Source of the DNA: a bacterium
GTDB taxonomy: Bacteria; Patescibacteriota; JABMPQ01; JBDRIV01
DNA length: 64,000 nt
Direction: 5' to 3'
NCBI GenBank assembly: GCA_043815505.1
Contig: JBDRIV010000002.1
Span: 502,943 to 566,942 of the forward strand
Part shown: one piece after another, positions 58,526-64,000 of the stretch
Layout: each line of letters starts with the position of its first letter
Position numbering within the stretch: position 1 is the stretch's first letter
Made by a program: the position numbers and the translations under genes
The notes under the pieces: generated by a model
Told to the model about the DNA's origin: nothing
Seen by the model: the letters and a program-made list of their open reading frames with translations, nothing else
The model's database searches: none

Positions 58526-59256
58526 TATTTTTTAGCTATTATTACAATTCTTGTTGATAAAATTTTATTTTTTAATGGCAAAATCTTTATTATTTGCGAT
58601 ATTAGTTTAATCACAAATCTAGTATATTTTTTAACTTTAGCTGTTTTTTCTAACCACAATCCTGGTTTTCCATAATATAATATTTTATAATATTTTAAGT
58701 TCAGAGAATTCAATATTTTTTTAATATTCTCTATTTTCATCGCTTCCAAATTATGAGCATCATAATTTTTATTATCAAAATATTTTTGCACAAAACCGTT
58801 TAAGCCAAGAAAATTTGGTAATGATATTAACATTATTCCACCCTTTTTTGTTATTTCATAATGCTTTTTATATATGATTTCTAGATTTTGAAAATGTTCA
58901 ATAAATCCAGATGAAAAAACAACATCATATTTTTTGTCAGTTTTATAAGAAATAAATTCTGTCTCAATTAATTGAATAGATTCTTCTTTAATGCTATTTA
59001 TTCTTTCCATTTCTCTTACTATTTTCTCATCAATATAGTAATCAAGTAAAGACACCTCATATCCTTTGTACTTCTTCATATAAACGGAAAATGTTCCTGG
59101 AAATCCACCAATTTCAATAAAACTTTTATTATCTGCTAGAGTTTTAAAAATATCATCAAACATAACCCTATTAACTATCTTAGGCTTATAATTTGACCAG
59201 TATGACTTCCAAAATATTCTATCAGTAATAGAATTGCTTAATTTATTATTTTTCAT
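58525..59256 (-). CDS. Class I SAM-dependent methyltransferase
   Basis: 243 aa. Motif I FIEIGGFPGTFSVYM and motif II YDVVFSSGFIEHF. Confidence 0.65.
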   Translation of the reverse strand: MKNNKLSNSITDRIFWKSYWSNYKPKIVNRVMFDDIFKTLADNKSFIEIGGFPGTFSVYMKKYKGYEVSLLDYYIDEKIVREMERINSIKEESIQLIETEFISYKTDKKYDVVFSSGFIEHFQNLEIIYKKHYEITKKGGIMLISLPNFLGLNGFVQKYFDNKNYDAHNLEAMKIENIKKILNSLNLKYYKILYYGKPGLWLEKTAKVKKYTRFVIKLISQIIKILPLKNKILSTRIVIIAKK

Positions 59257-60160
59257 TAGTAAAATCTTTGATTTTCTGTGAAATTCTTACTCTATATATT
59301 TTCTTAAATTCCCTTAATATTTTAATATTTTCTACCACTTCATTTGAGAATGAATTATTGGAGTACTTAAAATTATTGAGTGTTTTATGTTTTAAATATC
59401 CCCTTTTTCCCCCGTGCGTTCCACTTCCATCTTGACCAATATTATATAAGTAATGTTTTTTAGGAAATAAACAATAGGCATTATTTTTGTAATGTGCGTA
59501 GCACCAGCGAATTGCCCAAGAATCAAGTTGCCCATTTATTTGCTTATTTAACATTCTATTCAAATCTTCTCCTCCTTTGTTAAATATTTTTTGAGCTTTT
59601 TTATCAGTAGAAAACTCCTCAAAGTCTTTTACTTCCCAATCAACTTCTTGCCATCTATTTTTCCATGTTCCCCATCCCCAAGAACTTGCTCTGGGACTAA
59701 AATATGTTTCATACTCTGTTATAGAATCTAAATTTTTATTGACTATTGGATTATAGCCTGTTATAGAATATACTTTTTTATTGTATTTATAAAATTTCAG
59801 TGCTTCGTTCATATAATTTAAGAATGTCTTAGCCACTATTATATCATCTTCCAAAACTATGATATTTCCATATTTGTTTATGACTTTGGTAACACCATCA
59901 ATTACAGAATTAGCCAAACCATAATTTTTATCTCTCGTAAATATTTCAAGGCTTTTAAAACCAGTAATTTTATTTACTATATTTTTTACTGCCGATACTT
60001 TTTTTTCATCTTCTTCATTTTTTGGTCCATCACAAAATATTACTAAATCACTTTTTATTGCTTTTGTATTACCCCGCAATGCTCTTAATGTCTTACTAGT
60101 ATGTTCTGGTCTATTGTACACAAACAGAGTTATTGGTGCCAATTTTTTATCACCTGACAT
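59246..60160 (-). CDS. GT-A fold glycosyltransferase (GT2-like)
   Basis: 304 aa. ITLFVYNRPEHTSKTLRALRGN...VIFCDGP..., then NIIVLEDDIIV (DxD-like ED/DD). Confidence 0.55.
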   Translation of the reverse strand: MSGDKKLAPITLFVYNRPEHTSKTLRALRGNTKAIKSDLVIFCDGPKNEEDEKKVSAVKNIVNKITGFKSLEIFTRDKNYGLANSVIDGVTKVINKYGNIIVLEDDIIVAKTFLNYMNEALKFYKYNKKVYSITGYNPIVNKNLDSITEYETYFSPRASSWGWGTWKNRWQEVDWEVKDFEEFSTDKKAQKIFNKGGEDLNRMLNKQINGQLDSWAIRWCYAHYKNNAYCLFPKKHYLYNIGQDGSGTHGGKRGYLKHKTLNNFKYSNNSFSNEVVENIKILREFKKIYRVRISQKIKDFTNEK

Positions 60161-61079
60161 GTTTTTGTGATTTTAAGTATGATTTTATTTTCCCGTATGC
60201 AATTATTAACCTTCTAACAATTTTAAGAAAATAATTTTGTCTATAAGGATATTTCCTTCTATTACGAAAAGGAAACATTATTAAACCAACAATAAATAAT
60301 ACAAATCCAATTATTATATGTATAAAACTAGAAAATAATTTATTATTTCGTTCTGGATATATGAATCTGGAATTAAAACTGGTTGCTATAAATCTTTTTA
60401 TAATATATTTAACTTTCATTTTTTCCTCTGTCACCAAATGATAGACAATCAATTTTTTACTGAAATACCTTTTAATTCCATTTTTATAAGCAATCAGTTG
60501 TAGTTTTGTTTCTTCCCCAACCGAAATTTCATTATTGCCTTTCATTCCTAAGTTTAAATCAAATCTTCCAATTTTCTCAAAAACATTTTGATTTATAAAA
60601 ATATTCGAACCCGACAAGAATTTCTTTTTCGTATCAATATAACTAGATTTTTTTAGCGGTTTTCTAATTTCATATTCATCTCTAAACCACTTTGGCTTTT
60701 TTGTTATATAAAATGGATAAATAGGACCTCCAAATATTTCTGGTCTTTTTTTCTTAATTGTTCTATAAGCTATTTCAAGCCAATCATTATTTGCTTTAGC
60801 ATCATCATCAAGAAAGGATATATAATTAGTCTGACATTCTTCTATTCCTTTATTTCTTGCATAACTAAGACCTTGATTTTTTTCAACAACATATCTTAAA
60901 TTAAGCTTATTTTCAAAGCTTTTTGAAATCTCTTTTGTGTCATCAGTTGAATTATTATCAACAACAATAACATCAAAATCACTTTTATCCAGTGTTTGGT
61001 CCACGAGGCTCAAAAGAGCCATTTTAAGCAATTGAGCACGATTATAGGTGCAAATTACTACTGTTATTGATTTATTCAT
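60150..61079 (-). CDS. Glycosyltransferase family 2 with C-terminal TM
   Basis: 309 aa. ITVVICTYNRAQLLKMALLSLVDQT, DNNSTD, FLDDDAKA (DxD). C-terminal TM helix. Confidence 0.8.
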   Translation of the reverse strand: MNKSITVVICTYNRAQLLKMALLSLVDQTLDKSDFDVIVVDNNSTDDTKEISKSFENKLNLRYVVEKNQGLSYARNKGIEECQTNYISFLDDDAKANNDWLEIAYRTIKKKRPEIFGGPIYPFYITKKPKWFRDEYEIRKPLKKSSYIDTKKKFLSGSNIFINQNVFEKIGRFDLNLGMKGNNEISVGEETKLQLIAYKNGIKRYFSKKLIVYHLVTEEKMKVKYIIKRFIATSFNSRFIYPERNNKLFSSFIHIIIGFVLFIVGLIMFPFRNRRKYPYRQNYFLKIVRRLIIAYGKIKSYLKSQKHVR

Positions 61080-61914
61080 TTACTTTGTATAATCTTGATT
61101 TTATGGCTTTTTTCAATTCATTATCACCCAATTTAGAAGAAGTCTCAAGTCCTTTTTTCAATTCATTACATATTTCTATTTTTGATAGATTAGGTAAATT
61201 AGTGTTCAATCTTCTAATATATGCATTGTATTTAGCTAAAATAAAATTCACTTGACCAATAAGCATCTTAGTTGGATCATTGCCTTGTGAATTTGGCAGA
61301 ACTCTGTAATTGTATAATATTTTGTTTAGAAAATATGGTTTTGTAAACTCTTCTAATTTAAAAATAATATCTTTATCTTCTGAGTATAATAGTTTCTCAT
61401 CATAACCTGTTGTTTGATTGTAAATATTTTTCCGAAAAGTTTTAAAATGACTTATTTTGTTAAGATGTAAATTACTTTTTCCTTTTGGAATCTTTTTATT
61501 ATATCCCACATTTCTTTTTGTCATATCACTATTACAATACATAAATTGTGAGTATACAAATCCCAGCTCCGGCTTTTTAGTATAGCATTTTAGAATCTCA
61601 CAAACCGCATTTGTTTTTAGTGAATCATCACTATCCAATATTCCTACAATATCTGTTTCGGCTGCATCAATAAGTTTTATTAGAGTTCCGGTATATCCAA
61701 CATTTTCTTTATTCTGAATTAACTTAATATTTTTATGATCCAAATATGGCTTTATCAATTGTACAGAATTATCCTGAGAACAATCATCAATTATTATTAG
61801 ATTCCAATCTTTACTGTTTTGACTAATAACTGAATTTAAAGATTCCTCAATATACTTTGAGTTATTGTAGTTTGCCATCAATATTGTAATTGAATTTTTT
61901 ATATCTTTTTTCAT
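61072..61914 (-). CDS. Glycosyltransferase family 2
   Basis: 280 aa. ITILMANYNNSKYIEESLNSVISQNSKDWNLIIIDDCSQDNS and LDSDD. Confidence 0.8.
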   Translation of the reverse strand: MKKDIKNSITILMANYNNSKYIEESLNSVISQNSKDWNLIIIDDCSQDNSVQLIKPYLDHKNIKLIQNKENVGYTGTLIKLIDAAETDIVGILDSDDSLKTNAVCEILKCYTKKPELGFVYSQFMYCNSDMTKRNVGYNKKIPKGKSNLHLNKISHFKTFRKNIYNQTTGYDEKLLYSEDKDIIFKLEEFTKPYFLNKILYNYRVLPNSQGNDPTKMLIGQVNFILAKYNAYIRRLNTNLPNLSKIEICNELKKGLETSSKLGDNELKKAIKSRLYKVNE

Positions 61915-62822
61915 TTTTTGTATGAAATACCAATTCCCGCTCCACTATACCAATGATTTGCTGGTTCCTCACTAAAAAACATAAACTGACGATTGTTTTC
62001 TAGTGAAAACTTAGACAATTTATCTGAACAATGACTATTGTCTCCTAAAAGTACTCCTTTTTCAGATAGTTTATTCTTTATTACCTGATATTCCTGATAC
62101 TCATAATTCGGTGAGTGATCACTGTCGTTTATAAAAATGTCTATTTCTTCATCTAGGTTCTTTAGACTTTTAATTGAATCTCCATAAAGTATCTCTCCAT
62201 ACTTTTTATATTTTTCTCCTAAAAGTAGACCACCTTTTGGATTAATCTCTGTACCATAATACTTTCCCTGGTATCCTTCTTTACTATTTTTCATTATTGC
62301 ATAACAAAGCAAGACTGAACCTAATCCATTATAGACCCCAGTTTCTACTACAATTTTAGGTTTCATTTGACGTACTATCGCATACCATCCTAATCGTCTT
62401 CCAAAATCAGATCTTTTATCTGAGACTCTATTTAATTCATTTTCATTTTCCGTTCGCATAATTACATATTCCTTTAATTCTATATCATTTCTAGCCTCAT
62501 TTATGTAGGTTATAATTTTATCATATTTTTCATTAAATATATTAGCAATCATATGTGCTAAATATTCAATATTTTTTTCTGTTAAATCATAAGTAAAATT
62601 AGTTTTTTCTTTTGATTTAACCACCCATTTTAAAATCCTTAAATGCTTTTTTCTCAATCCTTTAGTTGCTTTTACATATCTGGGAAATAGTTGAAGCATT
62701 CTCGAATGAGAAACTTTTCTAATAATATTATAGAAATTAGACTTTTTCAATTTTTCTAGGTATTTCTTGAGTTTTGGATTATTATCAATTTTTCTATAGA
62801 TAGTAGAATTTTTAATTTTCAT
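61911..62822 (-). CDS. TylF/MycF-family (macrocin O-methyltransferase-like) class I SAM-dependent methyltransferase
   Basis: 303 aa. VETGVYNGLGSVLL (SAM-binding Gly-rich motif as in TylF/CmcI) and FINDSDHSPNYEY (metal-binding Asp pair). Confidence 0.55.
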   Translation of the reverse strand: MKIKNSTIYRKIDNNPKLKKYLEKLKKSNFYNIIRKVSHSRMLQLFPRYVKATKGLRKKHLRILKWVVKSKEKTNFTYDLTEKNIEYLAHMIANIFNEKYDKIITYINEARNDIELKEYVIMRTENENELNRVSDKRSDFGRRLGWYAIVRQMKPKIVVETGVYNGLGSVLLCYAIMKNSKEGYQGKYYGTEINPKGGLLLGEKYKKYGEILYGDSIKSLKNLDEEIDIFINDSDHSPNYEYQEYQVIKNKLSEKGVLLGDNSHCSDKLSKFSLENNRQFMFFSEEPANHWYSGAGIGISYKK

Positions 62823-62856
62823 TTAATTACTTTAATTTTTTTAAATACTACCAATT

Positions 62857-63780
62857 TTATTCTGAATACTTAATAATTGTTTCCTTACTAGGCATTGAAT
62901 CAGTTGAATATATATTATCTAAACCAAAACTTTTAAGAATTTGGACTGATTTTTCTATTTCATCATCCGCCACGTGCTCTCTCCAGCCGGAAACTAAATC
63001 ACTTCCGGTATTTAAAGCGCTATTTTCACCAGTCATTGCCGACGGTTTTTTCATAACATTTTTGATTTTAGGATCAAATGGTTTTTTCAAATACTTAAAT
63101 AATCTGGATATTTCATTGTCTGAATCCTGACAAAGATTTTCATAAAATACTAGGTGAACATTTTTTTTCTTTAGCTGACGAAGTGGTATGAAATACAGAA
63201 TGCACCACAAATAAATAAATTCGTAAAAAGTTCCAAAAGATTCTTTTATATCATCTAAATATGGTTGCAAATAATCCTTAATAATTTCTTTTTGGGAAAG
63301 AATTATATCTAGGTCTCTTTTATCTCCCTTAATCTCTTTCCCCCACCCTTTCTCACGCCATGATGATGCCACCGCCAACGGATGTCGAAACAATAATATT
63401 ATTGGTAAATTTGGAAATTGTTTTTCCATCCACCCTAACAATAAATTAGTTCTAATGTCCTTGATAATTCTTTTATTGCTAATGAGCTTTTTATTAAACT
63501 TGTCTGACCATAAATTTCTTATTTTTCCTGTAAATAGATCTTTGACAGGTTTTACAAGTTCCGTACGCTTGTCATCTGGTCTAAAATATTGAATATATTT
63601 ATAATTTTTGAATTCGGGAACCATTTTAGAATTTATTGGTTCAAATATTTCTCTATATTCATTTCTATAATTTATTATTTCTGATAACCAAGTACTACCA
63701 CTTCTTCCCATGCTAGATATAAAGATTGTATTCTCTATTTTATCTCCGTAATCAATAAAATACTTATTTGCTAACTTCAT
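62857..63780 (-). CDS. Sulfotransferase-family protein (PAPS-dependent)
   Basis: 307 aa. 5'-PSB motif ISSMGRSGSTWLSEIIN and 3'-PB-like region ILLFRHPLAVASSWREKGW. Confidence 0.65.
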   Translation of the reverse strand: MKLANKYFIDYGDKIENTIFISSMGRSGSTWLSEIINYRNEYREIFEPINSKMVPEFKNYKYIQYFRPDDKRTELVKPVKDLFTGKIRNLWSDKFNKKLISNKRIIKDIRTNLLLGWMEKQFPNLPIILLFRHPLAVASSWREKGWGKEIKGDKRDLDIILSQKEIIKDYLQPYLDDIKESFGTFYEFIYLWCILYFIPLRQLKKKNVHLVFYENLCQDSDNEISRLFKYLKKPFDPKIKNVMKKPSAMTGENSALNTGSDLVSGWREHVADDEIEKSVQILKSFGLDNIYSTDSMPSKETIIKYSE

Positions 63781-63781
63781 A

Positions 63782-64000
63782 TTATATTTTTATCCAATCT
63801 TTAGGCAATAGATCCTTAATGTCTTTATTGCCAGCCTGAAACCAAACTTTGGGAGCAATTACAATTTTATGTTCATTTTTATTCAACCAAGCGCCCCACC
63901 AACTAAAAGAACTGTTAGCTATAATTTGATGTTCACATCTGCTCATTAATACTAAATCTATATGACCAGGATTATTAAAGAAGTATGTTTCATATTCCGT
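63782..64000 (-). CDS. GT11-family alpha-1,2-fucosyltransferase, C-terminal fragment (N-terminus lies beyond the window)
   Basis: Minus-strand frame translates to ...TEYETYFFNNPGHIDLVLMSRCEHQIIANSSFSWWGAWLNKNEHKIVIAPKVWFQ.... HxxxxxxS(N)SSFSWW(G/A)A(W/Y)L is the GT11 motif IV. Stop at 63782-63784. Confidence 0.75.
   Translation of the reverse strand, partial: TEYETYFFNNPGHIDLVLMSRCEHQIIANSSFSWWGAWLNKNEHKIVIAPKVWFQAGNKDIKDLLPKDWIKI

Noticed and set aside
1-64000. Alternative genetic code 25 (UGA=Gly), as in some candidate-phylum bacteria
   Set aside because: TGA terminates several genes cleanly (45853, 46794, 48853, 49980), and prfB retains its UGA-dependent frameshift site. Code 11 is used.

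Overview
This is AT-rich, gene-dense bacterial DNA. It most resembles a reduced-genome Patescibacteria/CPR-type organism: DUF4012 proteins, a minimal cell-division set, many glycosyltransferases and no visible biosynthetic operons. The genetic code is standard (code 11): TGA ends several genes (45853, 46794, 48853, 49980) and serves as the in-frame stop in the prfB +1 frameshift site.

Layout:
(1) 1-3.7 kb: tail of a GT4 gene, one complete GT4 gene and a DUF4012 protein.
(2) 3.7-12.4 kb: cell-envelope, division and translation block: murJ, lepA, bPH_2 membrane protein, FtsB-like, parvulin PPIase, tRNA-Thr(CGU) on the minus strand, prfB with its programmed frameshift (missed by the ORF track), ftsE, ftsX, DUF59 protein, tRNA-Gln(CUG).
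(3) 12.4-16.3 kb: an anomalous accessory island directly downstream of tRNA-Gln. It contains two ~30-bp direct repeats and a small GIY-YIG nuclease gene bracketed by a 13-bp exact duplication of the tRNA-Gln 3' end (att-like). About 3 kb follows with only short ORFs, each preceded by a strong GGAGG Shine-Dalgarno. It ends with a membrane-anchored SNase-type thermonuclease.
(4) 16.3-37.8 kb: mixed housekeeping genes: DMT/EamA transporter, Cas4-like PD-(D/E)XK nuclease, HD hydrolase, ArsR regulator, glutaredoxin, an FG-GAP beta-propeller fused to an L,D-transpeptidase, ahcY, a rhodanese, the fmt-def-priA run, a GT26 WecG/TagA-like enzyme, gltX, M23 peptidase, cysteine desulfurase, rpmA, pyrG, rplI, acyP and ctpA. 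A GC-rich, hairpin-dense candidate structured RNA of about 130 nt sits at 18343-18470 between two divergent genes.
(5) 37.8-64 kb: a surface-glycan biosynthesis locus of roughly 26 kb with a second DUF4012 paralog, GT2 x5, GT4 x7, a Wzx-like flippase, a Wzy/ligase-like protein and two very large polytopic membrane proteins. Its distal ~10 kb (54.2-64 kb) is visibly more AT-rich and carries three SAM methyltransferases (one TylF-like), a PAPS-type sulfotransferase and a GT11 alpha-1,2-fucosyltransferase fragment. This looks like a horizontally acquired tailoring cassette for a methylated, sulfated, fucosylated glycan.

No CRISPR array, rRNA or integrase gene is visible.
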